Below, in pieces: positions 31,154 to 41,014 of a DNA stretch of 64,000 nt (the stretch's first letter is position 1; every line of letters begins with the position of its first letter). Both the position numbers and the translations under genes were made by a program. A model generated the notes under the pieces. That model saw only the letters and a list, made by a program, of their open reading frames with translations. It did no database searches and was not told the origin of the DNA. The stretch comes from an uncultured Verrucomicrobiae bacterium (GTDB lineage: Bacteria > Verrucomicrobiota > Verrucomicrobiia > Chthoniobacterales > Terrimicrobiaceae), in assembly GCA_963706955.1 (NCBI GenBank), contig CAVPOC010000008.1, positions 928,001 through 992,000 on the forward strand, in the 5' to 3' direction.

Positions 31154-31212
31154 GATTGGCATCTCTACAATTCATTTTTTATGATGAAGATTTCAGGGTA
31201 GCCTCATGACGC

Positions 31213-31614
31213 ATGTTAAAATCAAATCGACTCTTCATTCTGGTGGCGGGCCCGTACCGCTCGAACACCGGAGATGATCCCACGAGAATCGAGAAAAATC
31301 TCGAGGCGATGACGCGAGCGGCCCTCGACGTATTTCGTCTCGGTCACCTGCCCGTTCTGGGTGAATCGCTGGCTCTGCCACTGATCCGACAAGCCGGATC
31401 GCAAGAAATCGGAGATGCAGCCTTCGAGGAGATCTTCCATCCCATTTCCCGGATGCTGGCGGAACGCGTTGACGCAGTGCTGCGCGTGGGCGGCCCATCA
31501 AAAGGGGCTGACGAGATGGTCGAAATCGCACGCCGGAACGGCAAGCTCGTCTTCGAAGATCTCGCGGAGATTTCAGCGACTGGAACGGTGGCCGGGGCAA
31601 TGCTAGATGACTGA
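31213..31614 (+). CDS. Conserved protein (DUF4406 / nucleoside deoxyribosyltransferase-like), coupled to a NUDIX gene
   Basis: ILVAGPYRS, GHLPVLGE, DAVLRVGGPSKGAD; overlaps the start of the next gene. Confidence 0.65.
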   Translation: MLKSNRLFILVAGPYRSNTGDDPTRIEKNLEAMTRAALDVFRLGHLPVLGESLALPLIRQAGSQEIGDAAFEEIFHPISRMLAERVDAVLRVGGPSKGADEMVEIARRNGKLVFEDLAEISATGTVAGAMLDD

Positions 31615-32206
31615 TCGCATACGCATTCGTGACGTCAGAGTTCTCTCCGACGATTGGTATCTTCTGAAGAAGACCACGTTTGATTTCCGGCGCTCCAACG
31701 GAAGTTGGCAAACGCTAAGCCGGGAAACCTACGATCGTGGTAACGGAGCAGTCGTTCTGCTTGTCAATTCCGCAACGCGCACCCTCATCCTCACGCGTCA
31801 ATTCCGCTATCCGGCGTTCGTCAACGGCCTGAGGGATGGAATGCTCCTGGAAGCGTGTGCAGGGCTGCTCGACTCCGAAGACCCGGAAGCGACTATCCGC
31901 AGGGAAGTTGAAGAAGAGACCGGGTTTCGCATCGGTCCTCCAAGGAAGCTCTTCGAATTGTATATGAGCCCCGGTTCGGTCACGGAAAAGCTCTTCTTCT
32001 TCATTGCCGAGTATAACCACTCGGAACGCGTCTCTTCCGGCGGAGGCGATCAGAACGAGGGCGAGGACATCGAGATCGTCGAACTCGGTTTCGACCAGGC
32101 ATTCTCCATGATTGACCGAGGGGAAATCTTGGACGCCAAGACCGTGATTCTCCTGCAACAGCTGGCGAAAGACGGCAGCGCAAGCGTATGCGGCACGGAC
32201 AGCTAA
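31607..32206 (+). CDS. nudK: NUDIX hydrolase, GDP-mannose pyrophosphatase (NudK/YffH-like)
   Basis: LSDDWY.L, RETYDRGNGA, QFRYP, Nudix box AGLLD......IRREVEEETG, MSPGSVTE. Confidence 0.85.
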   Translation: MTDRIRIRDVRVLSDDWYLLKKTTFDFRRSNGSWQTLSRETYDRGNGAVVLLVNSATRTLILTRQFRYPAFVNGLRDGMLLEACAGLLDSEDPEATIRREVEEETGFRIGPPRKLFELYMSPGSVTEKLFFFIAEYNHSERVSSGGGDQNEGEDIEIVELGFDQAFSMIDRGEILDAKTVILLQQLAKDGSASVCGTDS

Positions 32207-32259
32207 ATGCTCGCTATCAAGGTGCGACGTTATTCAAGACTGGCGTGATGCCTGAAGAC

Positions 32260-32318
32260 TGTAGCGACCGTGTCCCCACGGTCGGGGTTTTCCCGGCGAT
32301 GGGGACATCGCCGCTACA
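32260..32318. repeat. REPIN, family B
   Basis: TGTAGCGACCGTGTCCCCACGGTCG-spacer-CGGCGATGGGGACATCGCCGCTACA. Confidence 0.85.
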
Positions 32319-32356
32319 ACGACCATAGTCCCCGGGCACCATGGACAGTATGCTTC

Positions 32357-32800
32357 CTAGCTCTCCCCCCGCACCAGGAACCAATATGTCCAAGCGATGA
32401 GGAGAAGTTGAACGGGAGCGCGAACGAGCAAGTAGAGGGGCCCCGCTGAGTGTCCGCCAAAAGGGATGCGTCGAGCGGCCGCGTAGACGTTTGCCGGGAA
32501 GACGGCGATAAGAAACGCGATGATCGTCATGCCCAGTGACCGCGACTTCGGCCAGGCGAGCAGCAGCATGGCGAGCAGCAACTCAAATATACCCGAGGCC
32601 AAAATCAACGCTCGCCGCCCAGGAAACGACGACGGGAGCATCTCGGCCATTGCATCGGTTCTCACGAAATGCCCAAACGCAGTGAAAGCGAAGACCAGAG
32701 CCAGTCCAAATCGGCCAGCCCAGCGCGTATCGCCGTCCAGGGCAGTCACGACAATCCAAGGCACGAGCAATAACGCACCGATGATCGCGAGCTGCTTCAT
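32357..32800 (-). CDS. DoxX-like membrane protein
   Basis: GHF......MLP, SGIFELL, AVFPANVY, R.PVQ; four to five TM segments. Confidence 0.72.
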   Translation of the reverse strand: MKQLAIIGALLLVPWIVVTALDGDTRWAGRFGLALVFAFTAFGHFVRTDAMAEMLPSSFPGRRALILASGIFELLLAMLLLAWPKSRSLGMTIIAFLIAVFPANVYAAARRIPFGGHSAGPLYLLVRAPVQLLLIAWTYWFLVRGES

Positions 32801-32829
32801 TTTTCGAGCTTATCGCTTGGCGCTCGCCC

Positions 32830-34197
32830 CTACACGCCGGCCTCCATCGGAAGCCTTCCTGCTTTGACGGCCCCTTGGAGCGCCTGGTGGTCAGCTTCCG
32901 TCTGGTCGGCATACAAGCGGGCAAATCGGGCGAAGGAGCGATCGGCAGCGTCACCTTTGCCTAGATAACCGGAGAGGGTGGCTGGATCGGCGGATCGTGC
33001 GTGACCCTTGGCGAGAAGAGTCCCACAGATGCGACCATAATCCATCAGCGCAGATCCATCCATTCCCTCGACCGTGACCGCACCCTTCATATCTCTGAAC
33101 TGGCGGACGTAGTAATCGCGCTTGTCCACGGTTGTCCAACCGAGGAGCGGATCGCTGACCGTTTGTAGCGTTTGTTGATATTCGACAACACGCTGTCCTT
33201 GATGCGCATGCCAGGCGGTGTCGCCATGGACGAATGGTGCTACGCACGAGCGTCTCGATTGCTTTAGCTGAAGAAAGAGCATGTCTTCCAAGCCGTTACC
33301 CTGCAGTAGCACGACAAAAGCGCGCAGTCCGACGCTACCCACCCCCACCACCTTGTGAGCAACATCAACAAACAGGTAGGAACCCAAAACGCGGCGCCAA
33401 TGTTGCGGAAGTGTTGTCAAATAGGTCTCGAGCCCGTCGATGATCCGGTCCTTTTCATCATCGGTAACGTGGGTGACGAGCGGCGGCTGTTCGACCATGC
33501 GCCGCACGCCATCACGCTCGCGCGTCAACTTGGGCAAGGCACGGTCGCTGGTGCGATTTCGGGCGAGGTTAGCCGAGCGTTCGATCTCCCCGCGCAACGA
33601 CCAATCCGCCATTTCCAGCCGCATGCGTTCGATGTCCATCCGGTCGAAGGACCTCGCCAGCAAGGGCTGCTCGGCGAGGCGGGCGATCTGTCGGCGATAA
33701 GCGGCTGCGCACCAGAGAACGGCATCTTCGCAAGTGCTGTCGGCCAACCCGTTCTGGCGACCGGCAACCCAGATGCTGGTGGTTAGTCTCCAGAGGTCCC
33801 ACTCCCACGGTCCCGGATGCGCTTCGTCGAAGTCATTCAAATCGAAGACGAGGTCGCGTTCCGGGGAGGCGTAAAATCCGAAATTTCCAAGGTGCGCGTC
33901 GCCGCAGATAACCGGCTCAATGCCTGTGCGCGGCATGCCATCAAAATCCTCTGCCATCAACGAAGCCGATCCTCGAAGGAACGCGTAAGGAGAAACCGCC
34001 ATCCGCCCGATACGCACGGGAATGAGACGCTCAAGACGGCCAGAGTGGGCCTCCTCTATGAGGTCGATAGGATCCGACCTATCGGACTTCGGTCGCCAGC
34101 GGCCAAGTTCGCCACGCTTGATCTTCTCCCGTAGGGCTCGGCCAGCCGTCAGCCGTTCTGCTTTGGTCGGCAAACCTGTTCGAAATCCGTTCTGCAT
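32830..34197 (-). CDS. DUF2252 family protein (kinase-like)
   Basis: R.GRM..SPYAFLRG, CGDAHLGNFG, FDLNDFDEA, KVVGVGSVG, YYVRQFRDMKG. Confidence 0.9.
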   Translation of the reverse strand: MQNGFRTGLPTKAERLTAGRALREKIKRGELGRWRPKSDRSDPIDLIEEAHSGRLERLIPVRIGRMAVSPYAFLRGSASLMAEDFDGMPRTGIEPVICGDAHLGNFGFYASPERDLVFDLNDFDEAHPGPWEWDLWRLTTSIWVAGRQNGLADSTCEDAVLWCAAAYRRQIARLAEQPLLARSFDRMDIERMRLEMADWSLRGEIERSANLARNRTSDRALPKLTRERDGVRRMVEQPPLVTHVTDDEKDRIIDGLETYLTTLPQHWRRVLGSYLFVDVAHKVVGVGSVGLRAFVVLLQGNGLEDMLFLQLKQSRRSCVAPFVHGDTAWHAHQGQRVVEYQQTLQTVSDPLLGWTTVDKRDYYVRQFRDMKGAVTVEGMDGSALMDYGRICGTLLAKGHARSADPATLSGYLGKGDAADRSFARFARLYADQTEADHQALQGAVKAGRLPMEAGV

Positions 34198-34746
34198 GGA
34201 ATCTCGTCGATTCGCCGTTTACCTCCGCACCAAGCGCAGGCTTTCGGTCAACTGAAACAATCGGGGTCCGTTCATCACGCTTCACCGGCATATACCCGAA
34301 AGCCCGTCGCGTCGAGCTTTGCCAACAACTGGAAATAACAAGATATTGCAGAAAATTTTAAGTTTTTTTAATATAACGTAATATGATGGAGAGAAGAGAT
34401 ATATGCATTACGCCTGCGCCATTCCGAGCCACCGCTCCAAAAAAACGCTTGCGGGGATCTACCGATGAATTAATCTAATCACGGGTTTAGGGGAAAACTT
34501 TCCTATGAGGGTCGGTAGGGGTATCGACAGGGGTGGAAAACAAGTGTCGCCGCGGTGTCCGAGAGGTGCCGCGGCGACAACGTTTTCAGGGCCTTCGGGT
34601 CATTTGAACTGCCGCCTTCAGCCGCGCGACGAAACCAACAAGAATTGGTAAGGCGGTGCGCACCGGGGGCGGCGCGAGTACCGGCCATCACTTCCCGTCG
34701 GACATGCCCTGAAGGCCTCCAGAGCATTCAACTTTCGACGGAGCAG

Positions 34747-35856
34747 CTAGTCCGCCTGGGAGGCCTCCACCGGCAATTCTTCAGGGATAAATGTTCGGGC
34801 AACGCCGATGCGGCTGTCAGCCATACCGTAATAGACGTCGATACGACTCGGTTCTCCCAGATCACCGCGCTGATCAACGGCCGTCGGAAAGACAACATTT
34901 GCGACCGCCCCGGTCATCTCCTCCGGTAACTCGGGTTCCAGCACCGGCGAGTTGGCCCGATACCGAATAAGGTGCGGGCTCTTCTCCGACAGCACCAGCA
35001 CTCCAGCCGAATATCGTAACCTCGGTCCATCGAGCGGAGATTGGTCTGCCTCACATTCGCAGACGCCGTGATAGAAGATAAGCCAACCATGTTTCGTGAG
35101 AAAAGGTGGTGTGCCACCGCCAATTTTCAGATGTTCCCAGTTCGCTACGGGAAAAGCCAGACGGTGGTGCGAGCGAAAGTCGCAGAGGCATCGCTGATTT
35201 TGATTGGCAGGTTCGCTCGGGGTATATGAGATCCAGATGCTCTGCTTGGCGACATCTACCGCTCGCGGCTCGACAGCGCGGGCCATTTCAGGTGCGTCTG
35301 TCCCGGGAAACAATGGGCGATGAATAATCGCGAAGTCATTTTCACCCGTCGGGCCGCAAATGGCTGCCGGGAAGAGGACCGCGTCTTTGTTGTCTATGGT
35401 TCTGAAATCATCCACGTGACATTCCATGCCGTCGCACTCGCGGAAGGTCGCAAGTCCGAGCCGTTCCCAATGGAAGAGATCATCAGAAGCCGCGAGGGCA
35501 ATTCGCGGCCCGTCGGGTCCGAAGGCGGTGTAGCTCATGACATAACGCTTGAGCTCTTCCACAAATGTGATTCGTGGGTCTTCACATCCTCCACCGTCGG
35601 AACGGAATTCATATTCGGCTTCGGGTTCAAGCGCTATGCCAAGACGCTCAACGCCGATGGGGTCGCCGTCATCGTTGAATCGGACCCGCGCAAGGCCAAT
35701 GCGCGAGAAATTTCCCTGCGCCACCAGCCGCGGGAACAGGTAAAGCTGTCCGTCAGGTCCGCGGGCGCCACCCGGATTGAGAACGCCACCTGCCTCGTGA
35801 GGATTTCGCGAATCGGGCTCCATGATGATTCCCAACCGTTTTAACTGAAAAGGCAT
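34747..35856 (-). CDS. Glycoside hydrolase family 130-like glycosidase/phosphorylase
   Basis: GVLNPG, GCEDPRIT, NKDAVLFP, IHRP, KIGGGTPP, GWLIFYHGV, NVVFPTA, YYGMAD. Confidence 0.85.
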   Translation of the reverse strand: MPFQLKRLGIIMEPDSRNPHEAGGVLNPGGARGPDGQLYLFPRLVAQGNFSRIGLARVRFNDDGDPIGVERLGIALEPEAEYEFRSDGGGCEDPRITFVEELKRYVMSYTAFGPDGPRIALAASDDLFHWERLGLATFRECDGMECHVDDFRTIDNKDAVLFPAAICGPTGENDFAIIHRPLFPGTDAPEMARAVEPRAVDVAKQSIWISYTPSEPANQNQRCLCDFRSHHRLAFPVANWEHLKIGGGTPPFLTKHGWLIFYHGVCECEADQSPLDGPRLRYSAGVLVLSEKSPHLIRYRANSPVLEPELPEEMTGAVANVVFPTAVDQRGDLGEPSRIDVYYGMADSRIGVARTFIPEELPVEASQAD

Positions 35857-36035
35857 CATCTTTCTCTCGTTCGCAAGAGGGCTTCTCTTTGCTCGTTTCT
35901 GGTGGGACCTACTGGACACTATCTTGCGATGGTTAGCCAGTTTCGTCTAACCAATCCCTAATAAATGGCCCCCCTTCGCCATGGAAAATCTGTGTCCTGA
36001 GGGTCCTCGAATGTCCGGTGTCGGCAGCCGATAGT

Positions 36036-36080
36036 AGCTCGAGAAGGGTCATCCACAGATTCCACAGATTTCCGCCGATT
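36036..36080. repeat. CACAGAT-type periodic repeat (family C), left arm
   Basis: AGCTCGAGAAGGGTCATCCACAGATTCCACAGATTTCCGCCGATT, near-identical to 46280-46324. Confidence 0.75.
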
Positions 36081-36386
36081 TAGGAAAGGCAGGGAGGCGT
36101 GGCTTCGATGGCTCTGCTGCGCGCTAGCGCCCTCGCTTCTTCGCATCGTCTGGGCGGTGGCCCGAGCTAGGTCTGTTTTCTGAAGTGAGAGAAACCGCAC
36201 CGGCAGCAAAGCCGAGCCACTCCACCCTCGGCTTGGATGGCGAGCGGATGCAAAACGGGCTCGCAAAGGCCGCATTCGCGTCTTGGAAACGAAGCGATGG
36301 CGATGGCAGATCCGCGAGGTGCTCTAAAATCAGGGGAACGGTTCTGAGCAGCGTTTGCTAAGATCACGAGCGGCTTTCCGCGAGTA

Positions 36387-37322
36387 TTAGTCGACAAAGT
36401 CACGACCGCCGCTGCTAATCGCACCGGCTTCGATGTAGATATGCTTAATTTTAGGGTAGTGGATGCGAATACTCTTTTCTAATCGATCCACGGCCTCTTC
36501 CACTTCCGTCGCGGACAGTTTTTTATGAAATTCGATATCCACCGTGAGCAAGACGGTGTCCGGACCAAAATGCATCGTGAGCGGTGCCAAGACCTTTTTT
36601 ACTCCGGGATCTGCTTCCGCCAGCTTTCGGATCCTCTCTAATGTTTGCGGGTCGGCACCTTCGCCCACGAGCAGCCCTTTACTCTCGTAGGCTAGGACTA
36701 CGGCCACGGCCGCGAGGAGTAGGCCAATGCAGACAGAGGCGACTCCATCGAGGTAAGGATTTTCAAATGCATGCGCCAGGAAAATTCCTACGAAGGCGAA
36801 GATTAGCCCCAGCAGCGCGGCGGCATCCTCGAAAAGCACGGTAAAAGTCGTCGGATCTTTGCTAGATTTGATGGCTTGCCAGAAGCTTTCGTCTTCTCCC
36901 TTGAGGGCTTGGAACGCTCGAAACGCGATGACCAGGACGAATCCTTCAAAGACCGCCGCAAGGCCCAACACGACGTAACTCCAGAACGGATCTTCCAAGC
37001 GACGCGGGTGGAGCAGGTGGTTGATTCCTTCATAAATGGAGATGCCGCCGCCAACGCCGAAGATCAGAACGGCGACAATCAGCGACCAGAAATACAGTTC
37101 TTTGCCGTAGCCAAACGGATGAGTCGCATCGGCGGGTTGTTTGCTCTTGTGAATGCCAAATAACAGGAGTCCACCGTTGCCGGTATCGACAAGCGAGTGA
37201 ATTCCTTCAGAGACCATTGCGGAACTACCCGTCAAGGCAGCAGCCACAAATTTCATGATGGCGATAGCTAAGTTCGCGCCAATCGCCGCGTATATAGCAA
37301 CCTTGGAAGCTCCTGCTGCCAT
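36387..37322 (-). CDS. Cation diffusion facilitator family transporter
   Basis: SSAMVSEGIHSLVD, HPFGYGKE.YFW, EDAAAL; C-terminal dimerisation domain. Confidence 0.92.
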   Translation of the reverse strand: MAAGASKVAIYAAIGANLAIAIMKFVAAALTGSSAMVSEGIHSLVDTGNGGLLLFGIHKSKQPADATHPFGYGKELYFWSLIVAVLIFGVGGGISIYEGINHLLHPRRLEDPFWSYVVLGLAAVFEGFVLVIAFRAFQALKGEDESFWQAIKSSKDPTTFTVLFEDAAALLGLIFAFVGIFLAHAFENPYLDGVASVCIGLLLAAVAVVLAYESKGLLVGEGADPQTLERIRKLAEADPGVKKVLAPLTMHFGPDTVLLTVDIEFHKKLSATEVEEAVDRLEKSIRIHYPKIKHIYIEAGAISSGGRDFVD

Positions 37323-37566
37323 AATTTGTCGCGCTAAAGCAAGCCGCCCTGAATACCTGGAATGCTTATGGTCTCGGCTACGTATTCGCTCGGATTTGCT
37401 TTCTAGTGGTTAGTGCTCTCCCGAGGAATGATGAATACTTCTTAGCGGTCCTTCAAGGGAATCAAAACCGGGCATACGAAACTTGAATGAGCGGAGGCGC
37501 ACGGCAGGACGACTTCGATTGCTGGGTCTACGCGTCATTCGTCTCGATTCTATCGTTGCTGAGAAT

Positions 37567-38040
37567 TCACTGTGCTTTCTTATCGGTGATCGTTCCCTCG
37601 ACTCGGCCGATCACCGCGAGCACGATCCAGGTAAGAACCACACTCAAAAATGCTAGGCCTATTTGGCCCAACCCAACCGCGACACCAACGGCCGCGGTCA
37701 TCCAGATGCCTGCGGCCGTGGTCAGTCCCTCGATCTCGCGTTGCTCGAGCAATTTGAGAATCGCCCCAGCGCCGATGAAACCAATGCCGGTCGCAATACC
37801 CTGAATCACGCGTGACAAACCTTCCATCGACATCCCAGCGTCAAAGCTACCGAGAACGAAAAGTGCGCTGCCCATCGCAACCAGCATATGGGTGCGCAAA
37901 CCCGCCGGCTTGCCAATGCGCTCCCGCTGAACGCCGATGATCGCGCCAAGCAGCATCGCCGCGAGCAACCGGATGATCGCCCGTTCCGTTTGCGTCCAGT
38001 CGGAGACTCCGCCACTAAGTTCTTCTAGAAACGTGTTCAT
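37567..38040 (-). CDS. MgtC/SapB family protein
   Basis: IG.QRE...KPAGLRTHMLV, GIGFIGAGAI, GLTTAAGIW. Confidence 0.92.
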   Translation of the reverse strand: MNTFLEELSGGVSDWTQTERAIIRLLAAMLLGAIIGVQRERIGKPAGLRTHMLVAMGSALFVLGSFDAGMSMEGLSRVIQGIATGIGFIGAGAILKLLEQREIEGLTTAAGIWMTAAVGVAVGLGQIGLAFLSVVLTWIVLAVIGRVEGTITDKKAQ

Positions 38041-38276
38041 GAGTTAGAGGTTGTTGAGGTTCGCGGGCCTTGAGCCTTCCGCACTCCTTTAAGGTCCATG
38101 GCGCTGCTTGATTGGCAAGAAAACGCTGAACTCAGCCCCCCGGCGCTCTTTCGTCTGCGCCGCGTTGCTTTTCAACGCGCGGCACTAGGTCATGGAACCA
38201 AGCGTCAGCGGCAACTTGAGATAGAACGGTCGAAATCTAAACCTCTTTTCTCTAAAGCGAGCGACGGGTTGTTTAG

Positions 38277-38513
38277 GTGGCTCTCACACTCCGCAAGCCC
38301 GAATACCCAATACTGACCGGCCAACCGGCGGATTATCTGGTTCTCCAGCTTGAGCTCTTCAAGAAAGGACATCGCGGCGGTTCGGCCTACGCGCACTTGA
38401 TGCACGCCGTTGTCCCGCGCATGACCAACGAGCAAATACGAGACGTAGCCCTCTATCTGCGATCGCTCCGACCCACCCAGCCGTCTGAAGAACAATCTCC
38501 GGCAATCGAGTGA
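38277..38513 (+). pseudogene. Cytochrome c4/c553-like C-terminal fragment
   Basis: YPILTGQPADYLVLQLELFKKG.R...LM.....MTNEQIRDVA.Y; no in-frame CxxCH upstream. Confidence 0.6.
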
Positions 38514-38724
38514 GAAACGGTTCTAAGCCCCATCGAAGCCATTTTCCAAGCAGCCACTTCAAGGAAACGGCATCCCTTTCCATGCTCGAATCCTCCGGGC
38601 TCTGGGCAGACTTCGCCCGCACTGCTAGTGGCTTCTCGAGCCTTAAGGACGCTACCCGGGAACGAGGGAGGTCCGCATTCGTCACACAACCTTTGCCGCA
38701 AATTCCTCAGCCAGCCAGATAAAC

Positions 38725-39765
38725 CTATTTTGTCCTTTGTCTTTGCTCCGTATAAAGAGCGACGAGCGCTGCGCCGATGGCCTGGGAAAGTTCCCCCATG
38801 CTTGCAGGAACAATCTTGATTACCTGCCGTTGAACGGGAAATAGCCAAGGTTCGGCCGCCGTGTAAATGGCACCAAGGTATCGGTTGCGAAACGCCTCTG
38901 TGGTGGCATCAGGGTCGATCAAACCTCCGCCGATAACGACGAACTCGGCATCAAGCGCTATGGAGAGGTTAGCGACGTGGAGTCCGAGGGCCTTGGCCTG
39001 GTAGTCGAAAATTTCAAGCGCCAGTTCGTCACCTTTTTGAGCGCGCCCACGCAGGCTGAACGCCTTCTCCTTGGCGGACTCCGTCGATTGCATGAGCTCA
39101 TGGTCGGGATACTTCGGGGCGAGGAAATCAAGAAACTGCGGCAGACCGGAAAGAGCCGTATAGGCTTCGAAACAACCCCAAGTGCGTCCGCAGCCGCAGG
39201 CAAAGGGGGGCAAGCCCAGGAGATGAAGGGGTGCCGGCATATGTCCGGCTTCCATCCCCGCGAGGGTGTCTCCGTCCAGGGGAAGACCATCGGGACTGAT
39301 ATAGGCCGCACCCAGGCCCGAGCCGGGCGCCAGCATGACGACCGAAGCCTTCTTGCCACCGCGCACCTTGGCTGCTTCAGCAACGCCGCCGTAGTTTCCG
39401 TCATTGCCAGCCACCAGCGGAATCGCGCGCCCGGCGCGTTTGGCGAGCGCCTGCGAGTAGTCGGCGTGAAAATCCCACCCCGCAAACGCGGCGGGCAAGT
39501 TCGCGGAGCGGTCCAGAACGCCATAACGTTGATACGGTCCGGGAATGGCCAGTCCAACTCCGCAAACCTGATCCCAGAGGAGGCCGTTGGCGTTGAGAAA
39601 TTTGTCGATTCCCTCGGTCCAACCTTCGATGACCGCAGTGGTCCCGAGCTGGGAATTGGTAGAGCTTTGGGCGAGTTTGAGCGAAATGGGAGTTCCGTCC
39701 GCGAAAACTCCACATGTCTTGGAAGTCGTCGCGCCGCTATCGGTGCCGAGGTAAATTTCTTTCAT
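38725..39765 (-). CDS. ROK family sugar kinase
   Basis: GLAIPGP, NDGNYGGVAE, PGSGLG, EAGH, CGCG...GCFEAY, VIGGG. Confidence 0.85.
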   Translation of the reverse strand: MKEIYLGTDSGATTSKTCGVFADGTPISLKLAQSSTNSQLGTTAVIEGWTEGIDKFLNANGLLWDQVCGVGLAIPGPYQRYGVLDRSANLPAAFAGWDFHADYSQALAKRAGRAIPLVAGNDGNYGGVAEAAKVRGGKKASVVMLAPGSGLGAAYISPDGLPLDGDTLAGMEAGHMPAPLHLLGLPPFACGCGRTWGCFEAYTALSGLPQFLDFLAPKYPDHELMQSTESAKEKAFSLRGRAQKGDELALEIFDYQAKALGLHVANLSIALDAEFVVIGGGLIDPDATTEAFRNRYLGAIYTAAEPWLFPVQRQVIKIVPASMGELSQAIGAALVALYTEQRQRTK

Positions 39766-39966
39766 AGCACAGGGATGGAAAAATCGTGGGCTAAAGCATT
39801 AGCGCGTTGCCGCGCGAAGAGCCAGACCTGAACGCAAGTGACTCAATCACTTGCCGCGCGGGTGAATCGCGCCTTCAGCGCTGGCTTATGTTTTGCGTGC
39901 ACGATTTCTTAGTATTCCCGAGGAGCGTATGCTCCCCAGACCCTCTTGCTTGTCGCGTTCAAAACG

Positions 39967-40938
39967 TCAGGGAAAGCGGAACGGTGTGCCGTGCGTTGCG
40001 GTCTTGATTCGGCAAACCAGGTCATCCGCCGTGATATACAAGGTGCCGCCGTCATCACCCCAGGCGCAATTGGAAGCAACGCCGAGATGAATGGTCCCCA
40101 GAAGTTTGCCATCGGGTGAAAGCACAGCGATTCCACCAGGCGCGCTCGCAAAGACGTTGCCCTGAGTGTCCACCTTGAGTCCGTCGCAGGTTCCCTGCAG
40201 GCCACGCTTTAGCAGCGGAAGAGCGTCAAAGAAAGGTCGGCCCTTGCCAAGGAGCCCATCAACCTGCACTTCGAAGGCCATCACCCGCGGCAATCTTGGG
40301 TCACTGACTGCGATGTAGAGCGTCTTCTCGTTCGGACTGAACGCGAGACCGTTAGGAAACGGAAGCTCCCTGATGAGCAGATCGACCTTTCCGTCGGGAG
40401 CAATGCGGTACACGCCGTTCCAAGGCATTTCCCTCAGCGGGGAAGCCTCGTGCCCTTTGAATCCATAGGATGGATCGCTGAAGTAGACCGCGCCCGAGCT
40501 GTGGCAAACGAGGTCGTTTGGATTGTTGAACCGCCGCCCTTCAAAGCGGTCGGCGAGCAGGGTCTCAGTGTGCCCGTCCGCTTCAAGACGAACGACACGG
40601 CGCGCTCCGCTTTGGCACAAAAGGAGTCGGCCGTCGGAGTCGAGGGCGAGCCCGTTCGATCCGGGTTCAACGAAATCGGGGTTAGCGAGAATTCCACCGC
40701 TCGGCTCGAGGAAGACTTCCGCCTTCGCTGATCCAGGCTTCCAACGATAAAGGATGTTCGCCGGCACATCGGAGAAGAACAGCGCGCCATCTTTCCAAAC
40801 AGGTCCCTCACTCCAGATGAATCCCGCGCAAACCTCTTCCACGCGCGCTTCGGCATCGATGAGTGCGTCCAGAGCTGGATCAAGACGCTCCACGTACCCA
40901 AGAAGAGAATTCGCTTCATCTCGCAAGGAATTGCTCAT
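39967..40938 (-). CDS. SMP-30/gluconolactonase family protein
   Basis: WSEGPVW, FSDVPAN, GSNGL, RFNNPNDL, FPNGLAFSP, DGLKVD.QGN, SNCAWG. Confidence 0.92.
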   Translation of the reverse strand: MSNSLRDEANSLLGYVERLDPALDALIDAEARVEEVCAGFIWSEGPVWKDGALFFSDVPANILYRWKPGSAKAEVFLEPSGGILANPDFVEPGSNGLALDSDGRLLLCQSGARRVVRLEADGHTETLLADRFEGRRFNNPNDLVCHSSGAVYFSDPSYGFKGHEASPLREMPWNGVYRIAPDGKVDLLIRELPFPNGLAFSPNEKTLYIAVSDPRLPRVMAFEVQVDGLLGKGRPFFDALPLLKRGLQGTCDGLKVDTQGNVFASAPGGIAVLSPDGKLLGTIHLGVASNCAWGDDGGTLYITADDLVCRIKTATHGTPFRFP

Positions 40939-41014
40939 AATTGAAAACTCTTAATCATGAAGATATCGGACGAAACCCATTTTGAGGATCCGAAATGAGG
41001 AGTAACTTGGAGCC

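Noticed and set aside
34611..34657. Hammerhead-ribozyme-like arrangement (CCGCCT ... GAC-GAAAC-CAA-loop-TTG-GTA-AGGCGG)
   Set aside because: The essential CUGANGA core and stem II are absent, so it cannot be called a ribozyme.
36090..36230. Imperfect inverted repeat (GGCTCTGCTGC...GCAGCAAAGCC) as a further repeat family or ncRNA
   Set aside because: Single degenerate occurrence in the window; not enough support.
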